64,000 nucleotides of DNA from Escherichia phage IME178, in the sequence record NC_104190.1. One strand, 5' to 3'. Shown piece after piece: positions 38,739-50,675 of the stretch; positions within the stretch are counted from its first letter, which is position 1, and every line of letters begins with the position of its first letter. A model generated the notes under the pieces. The model had not been told where the DNA came from. It made no database searches and worked only from the letters and a program-made list of their open reading frames with translations. The position numbers were made by a program, and so were the translations under genes.

Positions 38739-40928
38739 TTACCGTAAGCCATTAATCTGATCATTATTTAAGGCCCTATACCATACTCGGAAATTCTTAA
38801 TATGATATACAAATTTAGAAGGGGTAGGAGATGGTGATGCACCTAACCTAGACGGAATACCTGTCAAACTCACGGGAGTACTAGTAGATTTAGCAGTTTT
38901 ACCATTAAAATAGTTGCTTATTTCATTTCCAACTATTTTTTGAGCATAGGTCATAGGAGGTAGACTTTCTATATCTGGAATAGCTAAGGTTGGCCCTGTA
39001 CTAGATCTATATGTTCTTATAGTGGCATTATCATCGCTATCACAGCGGCAGATAATGTCATACCTAGAACCTCTTACTTGCATAACTTCTACATAACTAG
39101 TATAAGGTCGTACTTTACAATTAAATTCAAAAGATACTGTGCGCTCAAAGTAGTCTGCTAGGGTTCTATAGCCGGCATTATCTGGTATACACCACCATTC
39201 ATCTGCTGTTCTAGTAGTAGTGGTATTAGTACTATTACGGATGTAAGAAGTTGGAGCTATGCCTTCCTCAACCTGTATACCCCAAATGTAGAAACCAGAA
39301 ACACCATCCCCCTCATAGACAGCAGTAGTAGTAGTTTTAGCCATCTGGAGTCTAAATATAGTGCTTTGACTTGCAGTGGCTGCAAAAGAAATCCAAATTC
39401 TATATATACCTCCAGTTAATCTCTCATACCCCCCTCTAATATTACTAGCAGAACCAGTTGTTACAACAGTTTCATTTTTAATATCAAAAAACATACCAGC
39501 AGTTGTACCAGAAGCTACACGTAGATATACTAAACGATTTGCAGTATCATCTTTAACGTAGGCAGAGTAACAATAAAAAGTATCAGCAGTCAAAGATATT
39601 CCTTTATCGTTGCAGTAGTGCTCGCTGTTACTGGTACTCTCGGTAAATTTAGTCATCAACATTTCGCCGGTAGGACAAGCCGAAGCATTAGGGGTTGTAA
39701 TAACTAGATTACCACCAGTAATTGCTTCTGAATTAGTATATAAATTAGTACACTGAGACTCCATTAATAAACCTTGCTTTTCAAATCTAGGTTCATTAAT
39801 ATCTGCAAAACACATTTTACCACTTTTATCTATATAACTGGCGGTAGTTGAGCGAGTAAAATTTGCAGATTTTGTTGGCAATTCCAGAGTTACATCATTA
39901 ATTGTTGCTAAATCGTAAGGGGCCATACCAGATAATAATCTCATATCATCAGTTAAAGGTACCCAAACATCCGGATAGGGGACAGGTTCATATATAATAA
40001 TACTAGCAGCAGAAGCAGCGGCGGCAGCTTCAGAAGCTTTAGCATTAATTTCAGAAGCTTTAGCATTAGTTTCAGATGTTTTAGCATTAGTTTCTGATGT
40101 TTTAGCATTAGTTTCTGATGTTTTAGCAGCATTTTTACTTGCTAAAGCATCTGCGGCACTTCCAGCAGCTGCATTTTTACTTGCTAATGCGTTAGTTTCG
40201 CTAGTAGCAGCATTCGTCTCAGATGTTTTAGCATTAGTTTCAGAAGTTTTTGCTGCTGTTTGTGATTTAGCAGCAGCATTTTTACTTGCTAATGCATTAG
40301 TTTCGCTAGCAGCAGCATTCGTAGCCGAATTAGCTGCAGCTAATTCGGAAGCTTTAGCATTAGTTTCAGAAGTCTTAGCGTTAGTTTCAGAAATTTTTGC
40401 TGCTGTTTGTGAAGCTGCTGCTGCAGTTTTACTTGCTAATGCATTAGCTTCACTAGTAGCAGCATTCGTCTCGGAGGCTTTAGCTTTGGTTTCACTAGTC
40501 TTTGCATTAGTCTCAGAGGTTTTTGCATTAGTCTCAGAGGTTTTAGCCTTGGTTTCACTAGTCTTTGCATTAGTCTCAGAGGTTTTAGCTGCAGCTGCTG
40601 ATTCTGCAGATTTAGTAGCTGATGCAGCAGACTTAGTAGCGGACGTAGCAGATTGAGTAGCAGAAGCTTCAGAAGCTTCAGCAGAAATAGCAGCTTCCTG
40701 TTCAGAGTTCTTAGCATTAAGCTCTGAAGTCTTAGCAGCTATTTCGGAGTCTTTTGCAGCTGCAGCAGACTTAGCTGCAGCCTCAATAGATGATACTAAC
40801 TCACTTGCAGTAATAGAGCTAATAGAGTTACCAAGAGTTACTGTATATCTAGGAAATTTACTAGCAGTAGCTTTAGTATCATCAATATTTAATATCTGTT
40901 GTACAATAATCTTAGTAATTACTGCCAT
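38739..40928 (-). CDS. tail fiber protein with Ala-rich heptad-repeat shaft
   Basis: 729 aa; long array of SETNAKT-type heptads then a globular C-terminal region. Confidence 0.6.
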   Translation of the reverse strand: MAVITKIIVQQILNIDDTKATASKFPRYTVTLGNSISSITASELVSSIEAAAKSAAAAKDSEIAAKTSELNAKNSEQEAAISAEASEASATQSATSATKSAASATKSAESAAAAKTSETNAKTSETKAKTSETNAKTSETNAKTSETKAKASETNAATSEANALASKTAAAASQTAAKISETNAKTSETNAKASELAAANSATNAAASETNALASKNAAAKSQTAAKTSETNAKTSETNAATSETNALASKNAAAGSAADALASKNAAKTSETNAKTSETNAKTSETNAKASEINAKASEAAAAASAASIIIYEPVPYPDVWVPLTDDMRLLSGMAPYDLATINDVTLELPTKSANFTRSTTASYIDKSGKMCFADINEPRFEKQGLLMESQCTNLYTNSEAITGGNLVITTPNASACPTGEMLMTKFTESTSNSEHYCNDKGISLTADTFYCYSAYVKDDTANRLVYLRVASGTTAGMFFDIKNETVVTTGSASNIRGGYERLTGGIYRIWISFAATASQSTIFRLQMAKTTTTAVYEGDGVSGFYIWGIQVEEGIAPTSYIRNSTNTTTTRTADEWWCIPDNAGYRTLADYFERTVSFEFNCKVRPYTSYVEVMQVRGSRYDIICRCDSDDNATIRTYRSSTGPTLAIPDIESLPPMTYAQKIVGNEISNYFNGKTAKSTSTPVSLTGIPSRLGASPSPTPSKFVYHIKNFRVWYRALNNDQINGLR
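40037..40796. repeat. degenerate 21-bp tandem repeat array inside tail fiber gene
   Basis: unit gttttagcattagtttcagat and variants repeated >20 times; encodes (S/A)ETNAKT heptads on minus strand. Confidence 0.8.
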
Positions 40929-41350
40929 TATTTAGTTACCCCATCACTGATAAATACTTTACCCTCCATTATACGAAAGGAGCTAATTGCGGATCCTATA
41001 ACATCTCTAGTCATAATTATATCATAGTATCCTGCGAATCGCTGACGGGGGTTATATTTATCTCTATCTTTAGATGCTTTAGCTCCTATATTTTCTACAG
41101 ATTCTACCGGTAAACTTATAGCTACAGCCCCTTGAGCAGCATCAATAATACTAGTAGTAAAGGATGCTAATATCTCCGCATTCTCATCTAGGCTATTTTT
41201 TATTGTACCCCTTAGAGAATATCCGGTTAAATTAACAGGAGTATTTGTAGGCGGATAAGTAGTATCATCAACATCTAAGAATTGCATCATTAGACCATAG
41301 GGTACTTTCTCATCTATCACTAAGTCTATAACTCTATTTTCAGTACTCAT
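40928..41350 (-). CDS. tail protein (T5 p132 collar-like by size and position)
   Basis: 140 aa, position between fiber and baseplate genes; synteny only. Confidence 0.4.
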   Translation of the reverse strand: MSTENRVIDLVIDEKVPYGLMMQFLDVDDTTYPPTNTPVNLTGYSLRGTIKNSLDENAEILASFTTSIIDAAQGAVAISLPVESVENIGAKASKDRDKYNPRQRFAGYYDIIMTRDVIGSAISSFRIMEGKVFISDGVTK

Positions 41351-41354
41351 TATT

Positions 41355-43428
41355 TTACCTTATGTGAATATATCCATTTACTAGATCTATCTTCATTTTG
41401 TACGCAGCTTCTGGATTTCCTGATAATGCTGCATTTCTATCATAAATAGTGTTAACCCCTATCTGGGATAAGAAAGCATTACCTGCCACTATTTTATCCG
41501 CAGTAATAGTGCCATTAACTACCATATTACCATGCAGTACCATGGCCGGGTTGATCCAACCATAGCCATTCCATTGTCTAGTAAATGCTGTCTGCGGAGC
41601 ACCACTATTAAATTGAGTTAGCACATCATATTTAACAGGAGGGGAGCCAAAGTTACTTTGGAAGAATGCATTAGCTTGGTTATCATCCCACCCGCCTAGC
41701 CCAGCTATTCCAACGGAATACATGCCAGGACCCCTTTGACCATCTGCACCAATCGTACCTTCAGTACCGCTCCATTGAACTACATCAGACCAGCTAGTAC
41801 CTTCTAATAGCTTATTAGTAACAGGATCTAGAGTACCAGTAGTAGCGTAGATATTCTGAGTCATATCAGTACGATTAGGAGGTGTTTTAGACCAACCAGG
41901 GGGTGGATAATCCTGTTCTAAGGGCTTAGCAGGTAGATTCTTACCTAGTTTGTAAACAAATACTGTTTGCTTACCCTGCATCCCAGTACCAATATCTACG
42001 TCTCCATTAGGAGTACCAATAACAACTCCACTAGAAATACGAAGAGTATCGCCATCATAGCGTATCCACTGAGTAGCATTACCTATATCTAACTTTGGCT
42101 TAGCAGAAGTGTTATCCATTCCCATCCAGATACCAGATTTTGTATCCCCCCAAGTTTTACCCTGAGTATATATTGCAGGGTTATCTTGGCCAGTTAGATT
42201 GGTCATTACAAAGTTAGCAGCATTGATAGTTTTAGTTATAACACTACCATCAACGTTAACTATCTTTTTAACCGGATCAAAAGATATTGGTGCTTTTCCT
42301 TCAGCATCTAGAAGACCTATATTAATAGCACCGGTAGCGGCATCAATTAAAAAATGTTTGTTTCCAAGTAGATCCATCTTTGATCTTACCCTTAATATAC
42401 GCATAGTTTACTTCAATACCCGTTTCATTAACAAAACTATTGTCAAGAGGAGTATCCTCATTTAGTGTAAAAGTCTGTACTGCAGAATCTGTAACATCTT
42501 GAGCATCTGGTCCCCATGCTATAGAAGAGACTTTAAATTTATGCTCAATTTTCCACGGAAACGATATAATAGTTGCCGCTTGTGCAGCACCTACGTTAAT
42601 TTTTTGAGCTTTAGTCCATCCAGTTTTTTTGAATTCTACTGAATCTATATAAGAAACAACAAATTCGCGAACGTTAGCGCCAGCTCCTCTATACCATTCC
42701 CATTGTACACGGAGATCATATCTTTCTTTACCATCAGCAATCCTTGCAGCTTTGAAAGTAATGTTGTTAGGAGCAGTAGGAGGTACAAAGTTATACTCTA
42801 CAGTAAGAACTTTGGAAAATTCAAAGTATCCAGAAGAGTCTACAGTTACACCATCTGGCATGGTAACTTGCCCAGATATGCGTACTTTGTAATCCCCAAC
42901 AGGAACACCCCCAAATCTAATAGTGGGAGATAGTGGACCTATATAATACTTTACCCACGGGCTATTTGAAGGTTGAGTACTTTTTAACTCAATAGTACAA
43001 TAACTAGCTTCTCCTGTAGTCTCTATAACTACTATAGGGGCACCTACACCCACATCTACTGGATCAGCCTCTGATCTAGCGGCAGTAATAGTAGGTTTTC
43101 TCTTAGTACTAAAGGTAGTTTTATTGGATAAGTTTATGCCAATTTTAGCCTCTAATAGCTCAGAGTCTATAATAGAGTCATAGAAAGCCCCTTGAACCTC
43201 ATAAGAAGTTGAAGGGGTTAGATTATTAATCATTACAAAGAAAGTATCTATACCGGTATAGTCACGTCTATCAATACTTTCTCCTAACTTTAACCAAAAG
43301 GATCTACCAATAACGTCATAATCAGTATATATAGAGTGCTGGACATACGCCATTGTATATCCAGTCATTATACTATTTAAGACCATTTTGGCTGGTGCAT
43401 TATTCGAAATCATTAAATGGATGCCCAC
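41355..43428 (-). CDS. baseplate/tail tip protein (T5 pb4-like), frame-interrupted
   Basis: two ORFs (361 + 349 aa) overlapping at 42343-42404 with an A6 run 42346-42351; combined size ~pb4; Ig/FnIII-like beta-rich sequence. Confidence 0.5.
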
Positions 43429-46262
43429 TCCACAGACTGTTCCCCCTCATCTCCTTCTGCTCTAATACGAAAATATAGTTTTCTATTGATCCCTAGAGCA
43501 TCACTGTTATGGAGAGCAAAATCTGCCTTATTATACATTAATAAATAGTCATAAGTATACTGATTTTCAATACGTACACTTCTTAGCATTCTATTCTGGG
43601 AGTCATAGATTTCCAGAGTATAGAATATACTTTCTATTATATCTTCTTCTGGTATCCTATCCCAAGCTAGTTTTACATCTGGGCCTACAAATTCAGTTAC
43701 ATCCCTGGAAGCCGTATTAGTTACCCTAAAATTAGATACTACACTTAGGTTTTTAGCAGAGTTAAGTTCTATAGATAATGTTACTGGAGAACTTCTTCTA
43801 CCATTTATATCCACAGCCCTTATTTCAAATATCGCTAAGCCTGCAGGCTCTCCAATTATCTCTTGGATCATGCGTTCATTGGGATTTGTTTCTAGTTGCT
43901 GCACAATATAAGGTTCAGCATGACCGGAATGCACGATAGAGTAATAAACTACGTTATTAGTTAAGCTTGGAAGCCAAGATAACTCACCATTTTTTCCTAT
44001 AGAACCAACTAAACCACCAGGTGTAGGGGTATATTTAAAATCCCTAGGAGGAAGAACGTTGTTACTAATATCTGGTATATCATTACCACTATTATCTACT
44101 TGATCAGAGTTGATAAATACATCTTCCCCATACTCCTGTAGGGTAACATTTATCTTTCCTTCCCTAGAGTTTTCGACTTCATCTACTAAAAAGTACTTCT
44201 TATCCCATCCGTAACGGTCGTAGGTAAATGCAATAGCATCGTTAGGCTCAATACCAATGAATTGATATGGTAAAGAAAATGAGAGGGTTCTAGAATACCT
44301 AGATTTCTTAAGTTCTCTGTCTGCAAAACTTCTAGCAGTATAGTAGTTAGTTATATTTGCAAAAGATAACTGTAATTTTTGTCTAAATTTTTATCTTGCT
44401 CTTTATATTTAGAGTTGTAAAAGGTAATAGAGTTAGTTTTCCAGCTAAGAGCTGGGTCTACGATGGATGCTTGAACTGAGTTGAATTTATTTCTACCAGT
44501 AGTATCTGATAGCTCTAAATCACCATAAGTATCCAGAAAATTAATCTCTAATGGAGTATTAGAATATTTTTCTACAGTAATCCTATATTGACCAGATAAG
44601 TTGTTAATAGCCCCACCGTAGGACTCTAGCAAACCTTGCACGTTTTTTAAATACTGATTCAGATGTGTCTAGAATAGTATTCATTTGTACTATTTGTCTA
44701 TTTTCTGCTAATGGATCAGTCCACCCAACATATCTCCAGTATGGCTGCCAGGATACTTGGTAAGATTCATCTATAATATCTAAGATAGCAGCTTCTTGTA
44801 CCAATTGTTGGAGAGGGAACTGATCAATAGCAATGTTTGCACCATACCTATCTGAAGTTAAGTAGTCAAGTGTTTGCCAAATACCATTTAAACTAGTACT
44901 ATTAGCAGTTACTCTACCATCAGAATGATAGATTTTTATCTTCTTACCCTGAATCTCAGCACTAACTTCTGGAATCTCAGTTCTATTTTCATTAATAGTA
45001 AAGCGTACTACCGCGTATGCAGTATCTAATAGTTTATATCTAGCATCCCAGTACTCAGGTCCATTGCCGTTCATATTTTGGAGATAGAACCCACGTTCCT
45101 TCGCTATATTTACTAATACTTCAGAAGCCGTTTGATCAGCTTTTCCATGATAAGTCCAAATCCTTATATCACCATTACCATCGTTATACTTATATTCCTG
45201 GCCATGCACAGAAGGACTACTAGAAGATATTCCTGATGCTATTCTTTGCATGGTGTCTCCGGCTACTTTTTTAACACCGAAACAGGTTCTAGCAGAACTA
45301 TCATTAGAGTCCATACAAATCATGGGGTTATCCCCAAAGGAAAAGTCAAGAAAACCGTCTATCTCTCCTTCAGCAAAAGCATATACTACATAAACTATAT
45401 TAGGATTGTGTAATTCCGTATCCGCAAAAATAGGTATTCCCGGTATTTTCTGTACACCATAAACTACTGGTATATACTTAGCAGCAAGGTTAAAATCTAT
45501 ATCTACTTCTTTAGTAACAGTCTCATAATACTTTTTAAGACTATAACTTCTAGATAGTCCAAATAGCTTTTTCTTAGACTTTAGCTTGTATCTTTCTTCC
45601 TGTACCTGATACTTTGCTAGAATAGAGATACTTTTATTGGCGTGAAAGAAACCGTAGTCTTCTTGGTACTCAAGTCTTTTAGCCCCGTTAGATGGAACTA
45701 ATTGTCCTGCTACAACCTCAAGCCCTCTATGAGAAGCATCATCAGTAAATCTACCGTTAACCCTATCAAAATCATAGAATTGGTTAGAACAATTCCAAGT
45801 AATTGTAGAGGTTCCAACCCCAGAAATACTAATGTTGTCCTTAATACCTCCACCAGTAATTCTCCCTCTAAAGTATAATAAAGGGCCATTTGTGTCTGGG
45901 TCTACAGGTAAAATAGAACCATCCTCTGTAATAATTGCTTGGTGGATTGATACTAGTCTATCTAAAAAGGACACCCCATTCTGCACTAGTTTCAGTACTT
46001 CATCCTGCGCTGTACCTGTAATAGTAAAAGATAGACTGCCAATAGATAAATCTCTGTTTTGTTTATGTGTGCTAATAGACTTAACTTTACCGGCCTGGTA
46101 CAAAATACCATTATATAGTACATCTCTAAAATAGTCAGTTAAGTAAATAAAAGCAGTACTAGTACCAGTAGAGCCGGGTAATTCTAGAGAAATTAGACTA
46201 GCAGTTTTTATTCTGCTATTATTTTTTAAGTAGTTTCTAGCACTATCTAATATTTTTTTCAT
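43413..46262 (-). CDS. baseplate hub protein (T5 pb3-like), frame-interrupted at two sites
   Basis: three co-linear reading-frame segments (552 aa, ~85 aa, ~327 aa) summing to ~960 aa, close to T5 pb3 size; C-terminal FnIII-like repeats. Confidence 0.5.
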
Positions 46263-46872
46263 AGACTTTCCCGTAAATTTAATGAGATGTTGGAGTATGT
46301 TCCGTTATTATTTAGTGTAGATCCAAAAGCATCACCATTCATGAGTTTTGTTCTAAATAGTATTCCATTAAATACTGGCTTCTCCGCTCCAGTAGTAGTT
46401 ATAAATAAATCAGGGTATAAGTTTATGGACCATGTATTACCTGATTTGTTAAATGATGTTATTTTATATACTTTTGGGTGGTTAGATAGCTTAAATAGAT
46501 CCCCTGGTTTTGGAGTACCTGTAAGAAGCCCTTTTGTATCCATAGTTATATTAGAACCCTTCTGTCCAGCAGGTATACTTACTAGACTAGTATTACCTCT
46601 AACTCTAAAAGCTTCGTATTGGGGTAATATAACGTCTATATAACCACCAGTCCTTTTGTATTCTAGAATAAAAGCATCTAGAACACTATATTCATCTGGA
46701 AATAATTCTGGATAAGAAATATTTATACCCCAGTATTGAGCAGATACCTTACTTCGTTAACTTTACCATTTGGTAACTCATCACGAATTACTGGGTCATT
46801 GTCAATCAGGTTAACACTTTCGAATCCTAAGCCTGAAAGTTCTGGATTCGTGTATGGGTCTGGTAATCTCAT
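46259..46872 (-). CDS. distal tail protein (T5 pb9-like), frame-interrupted
   Basis: ATG 46872 with RBS aaagaggagaaa; frame changes near the C4 run 46727-46730; the two segments sum to ~204 aa. Confidence 0.45.
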
Positions 46873-46944
46873 AGTTAATTTCTCCTCTTTAATAACAATA
46901 TTATAATAGTATTAGAAAATTTTATCAAGAAATTTTTATTTTTC

Positions 46945-46975
46945 CATAAAGAAAAGGAGGACTCAAAGTCCTCCT
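46945..46975 (-). terminator. rho-independent terminator after tape measure gene
   Basis: aggaggact-caa-agtcctcct then TTTCTTTATGG on minus strand. Confidence 0.55.
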
Positions 46976-46981
46976 CCAGTT

Positions 46982-49900
46982 TTAAGAATTTCCTAATGTT
47001 TTCAGACTAGCACCGTTCTCATTCAGAGCTAATTCTACTGCGTCTCTTAGAGCACTACTATTACTAGAAGCAAATTCTCTGAAACTTGCAGCATCCATAG
47101 CACTAATATTCAGGATGATAGGTCTTCCTGAAGTTGAGTTAGATGAAGTTTTTAGCTCATCATTAGGTGTAGCTTTCATAGGAACCATAGGGGTAACTAC
47201 TTCTGTACCATGCTCACCCATTTGATAGCTAACCCCAGGGTACATATTACCACCCTCAGCACGAGGAACGAAGGAGTTAGCACCGCCTATACCTTTATCG
47301 CCTCGAATATAAGATAATTCACCTGCGTTAGCAGACATAGACACATCTATATTCTTTTGACGCTCTCCTAAGGTTAAGTAACTAGTTGTATCCGCTCCAG
47401 AATCTGCAATACTTGACATACCAGATGCAGAAGATGCTTGAGCAAGAGCTAAGGCACCTGCCAAACCTGCCGCCACCATCAAAGGAATAGAGAACGGGTA
47501 CGGTACAGCTGTCGCCGCTTGCATTACAGCTACTGCAGTTTGGATGATGATCTGCTTCTTAGCTGCGTCTTGTTGAATCTTCAACTTTTCAGCTTCTAGT
47601 TTCTTCAACTTAGCTTTAGATGCTTCTGATTTACCATCACGTTTCTGCTCTGCTGCAATAGCCTGATCAATTGCACTAACCTGTTGACTAGTACTATATT
47701 GAATCATAGAGGCCACAGTCTGCATACCTGCTGCGATCGTGGAAGTAGTGTCTAAAGACCCCATAGAGAACTGAATCATAGCATTGGTTAAATTACCCAT
47801 GCTTTGAGCTACAGCAGTTGCTTCGGAATTTAACTCAGATAGTTTAGAAATTGCCTGATCATAAGAAGCCATTCTATTTCCCATATCAGCAAAATCTTTA
47901 TCTTCTCCAGATAGTCCAGTTGTAGGAGTGTACACAGCACCTAAAGAAGATCCAACAGAAGCTTGCATCTCCGCATTTCTCTGTGCCCTTAAACCTGCTA
48001 GTTGTGCCCTAGTTTCAGCTATCTTTTTATTATATTCCGCTTGTGCCGCAGCATTACCTAATGTTTTCTGCTTTAAGTCTTCATATAATTTTAGCTGTTC
48101 CTGTAAGCGCTCCGCATTTCCCATTAATGGTTTAGCAGTAAATTGTCTTTGCTGTTCTTCCTCTCTACCAGCAGCCATTGAAGCAATCTGATCTTGGCGG
48201 AATTTCCAGATTTCACGTTCAATTTGGGCTTGAGCACGTCTAGACTGTTCCGCCTCTTTCTGTTTATCAGCTTGTTTTGTGTACCATTCGTACTTCTCTT
48301 TTTCAACGGTCAATTCAAGATTTAACTGTGCTAGACGATACTGAGTATCTGTCATAGTACGGTTATTTAAGAGGGCTATCTCACGATCTACACCCAGAAT
48401 TTTATCTGTGTAATCCTTAACCTTCTTCTGAGCCTCCATACCCTGATTGGTAAGTTTAAGTTTCTCCAGCTGAATTTTTTCAATTTCTTTCTCAACAGCT
48501 TTATTTCCCTGATTAGTTTGAAGTACACGGCGTAAAGCAGCTTCTTGCTCTTCTAACTGTTGGAGTTCTAAACGCCTACCGGCTTCCTGTGCCTTTTCTT
48601 TATCTTTAGTTTGATTGTATACGTCAGCTATCTTCTGTTGAACTGCTAACTGGTTCTTAGTCTCATTACCAGTTAGTTTAACGTACTCAGATAAGGCCTG
48701 AGACGCAGTTTTCATTTCAGACAGAGTATTGTAGCCTAGGTTAAGATTTTTAACATATTCATCAGCACTCTTACCAGTACCTAGAGATAGAGATTCTATG
48801 TTTTTTATAGCATCTGCTAAAGTAGCACTAGTTTTAGCAGCAGTATCTGTATTCTGAGCAACGTTCTGTATATCATTAGCTAAGTCACTAGCAGTTTTCT
48901 TAGTCTGATTGTACGCTTTCTGCTGCTCAGTTAGTCCTTTTAATACAGTAGAGTTAAAATCGTATACAGCGCCAGGATCTGTAGAATCTCTCTGTAGATT
49001 AATCTGTTTCTGAAACTGTGGATTAGCTTTTGCAGCAGCAGCTCCAGCAGCTTGATACGCTGATTTCCAAGCATTGAGGTTCTCTGTAGAATCCTCTACT
49101 TCCTTACCAAGTCTAGTTACTTGTAGACCCATAGCTGCAGTTTCTGCTACAAATTGCTTATTGGCCTCCGAAGCACCTGCTGCTGCAAGACCAATAGGAA
49201 TACCTTCGCCAACTTGACGTATAGCTAGTTTTGTATAGAAATCTGCTTGTTCCATTCGTTTATCGAACTCAGATTTTAGCTTATTACGCTTATCAAGAGA
49301 TTCCTTATACATATCTAGAGCTTTATTATAGCCTTCTTCAGAAGCAGCTAAACTTAAAGCAACAGCACCAACGTTGGTAGGGTCTATCTGTCTATTAGTT
49401 TTTTCTTGAGCTCTAGCTGCCTCCGCAGATATAGAAGCCTGAGATGTATAAAATACTGTATTGATAGCATCAATTACCGGCCCTAAATACTTAGCAGCAG
49501 CTTGTTGTATTTTTCTTAGTGCAGCATCTGCATTAGCAGCAAATTGCTCCCATGGAGTTGCACGTAGTACTTCATCTAGGTAGCCAAACCGCTTAGTAGA
49601 TTCAGCAATTACCGCGTTAGCGTATGCTTGTTGTTTCTGGAAAGTGGTAAGACTATTAACATTATATGTTATACCTGTGTTTGCAGCATTTAACTGTTTA
49701 ACATAATCAGCATATGCGTCATTAAGACGGATGGTGACACCAAGTTCATCCAGAAGTTCGATTTCTTGTTTAGATACGCCCTTAATTACACGGTTAAGTG
49801 CATCAGTCATATCAACACCAAGAACAGCAGCAGCACGACGAGCTACTAAACCAAATTTATTAAGTTGTTCGGCATCAAATCCATAAGCAGATGCTGAAGA

Positions 49901-50662
49901 TGCCTGTCTCATTGCTTCCTCAAAAGAAATAGCATATCCAGCAGCTTCTTGTAGTGATCTAGCAAGGGTCTGAACAGGAGTACCTGTCTGAGTACCTACT
50001 ATAACACCAAATTTTTCTAGACGATTTAGCTGATCACCTAGTTTAAGTTGTTCAAATGCTGATTGCAAAACGAAGATGTTGGAAGCAAGAGCTGCGTACA
50101 TAATAGGTAAACTACCACCGATCTTAGCCATTGCCGCAAAATCACGAGTTGCACCACGTGCTGAACCAGAAGTATTACCAATAGCTCTAGAAGCTCTACC
50201 AGCGGCACCAGCAGTATCATTAAAACCCCTAGCTGTGCCACCTAATGCTCTATTAGTATCATATAATCTATCCTGGACTTTTTCTGTTGCAGCTGCAACA
50301 TCATTACCCATTGTTTTAACAGATCTAGAAACTCCATCGAATCCAATTTCTAGTTTATCTGTTACTTCAATAAGCTGGATAGCCAGGTAGTCTAGCTTAT
50401 CACCAATACCATCAATGGATTTAGTGATACCAGCCATACCCCTACTAGCTTGCATTTTAGTAAGACTTTTCGCTGCTCTGTCTGCTGCCCTCTCAATGGA
50501 ATAAAGAGTTCTGGGCATTTTACCTAACTGCTCATTTGTCAGTTCGGAAGCAGCAGCAGCATTTTCCAACGCATCAGATACGTTTTCAATAGACTTTGCA
50601 GTACGAGTTGCCCCCTTCTGTTTAACGTCTATTAGTAATTCTCGTATTAGCTTATCAGTCAT
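46982..50662 (-). CDS. tail tape measure protein (T5 pb2-like)
   Basis: 1226 aa, long coiled-coil-rich sequence with hydrophobic segment near C-terminus; size and position. Confidence 0.85.
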   Translation of the reverse strand: MTDKLIRELLIDVKQKGATRTAKSIENVSDALENAAAASELTNEQLGKMPRTLYSIERAADRAAKSLTKMQASRGMAGITKSIDGIGDKLDYLAIQLIEVTDKLEIGFDGVSRSVKTMGNDVAAATEKVQDRLYDTNRALGGTARGFNDTAGAAGRASRAIGNTSGSARGATRDFAAMAKIGGSLPIMYAALASNIFVLQSAFEQLKLGDQLNRLEKFGVIVGTQTGTPVQTLARSLQEAAGYAISFEEAMRQASSASAYGFDAEQLNKFGLVARRAAAVLGVDMTDALNRVIKGVSKQEIELLDELGVTIRLNDAYADYVKQLNAANTGITYNVNSLTTFQKQQAYANAVIAESTKRFGYLDEVLRATPWEQFAANADAALRKIQQAAAKYLGPVIDAINTVFYTSQASISAEAARAQEKTNRQIDPTNVGAVALSLAASEEGYNKALDMYKESLDKRNKLKSEFDKRMEQADFYTKLAIRQVGEGIPIGLAAAGASEANKQFVAETAAMGLQVTRLGKEVEDSTENLNAWKSAYQAAGAAAAKANPQFQKQINLQRDSTDPGAVYDFNSTVLKGLTEQQKAYNQTKKTASDLANDIQNVAQNTDTAAKTSATLADAIKNIESLSLGTGKSADEYVKNLNLGYNTLSEMKTASQALSEYVKLTGNETKNQLAVQQKIADVYNQTKDKEKAQEAGRRLELQQLEEQEAALRRVLQTNQGNKAVEKEIEKIQLEKLKLTNQGMEAQKKVKDYTDKILGVDREIALLNNRTMTDTQYRLAQLNLELTVEKEKYEWYTKQADKQKEAEQSRRAQAQIEREIWKFRQDQIASMAAGREEEQQRQFTAKPLMGNAERLQEQLKLYEDLKQKTLGNAAAQAEYNKKIAETRAQLAGLRAQRNAEMQASVGSSLGAVYTPTTGLSGEDKDFADMGNRMASYDQAISKLSELNSEATAVAQSMGNLTNAMIQFSMGSLDTTSTIAAGMQTVASMIQYSTSQQVSAIDQAIAAEQKRDGKSEASKAKLKKLEAEKLKIQQDAAKKQIIIQTAVAVMQAATAVPYPFSIPLMVAAGLAGALALAQASSASGMSSIADSGADTTSYLTLGERQKNIDVSMSANAGELSYIRGDKGIGGANSFVPRAEGGNMYPGVSYQMGEHGTEVVTPMVPMKATPNDELKTSSNSTSGRPIILNISAMDAASFREFASSNSSALRDAVELALNENGASLKTLGNS

Positions 50663-50675
50663 GTTTTATTTTTCC

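Noticed and set aside
40037-40796. Regularly spaced short repeats as a possible CRISPR array
   Set aside because: Repeats are contiguous 21-bp units with no unique spacers and lie in-frame inside a coding sequence; they encode protein heptads.
47928-50390. Several 60-100-aa ORFs on both strands inside the tape measure gene
   Set aside because: Embedded in the continuous 1226-aa ORF; Ala/Leu-rich shadows of a GC-skewed coding region.
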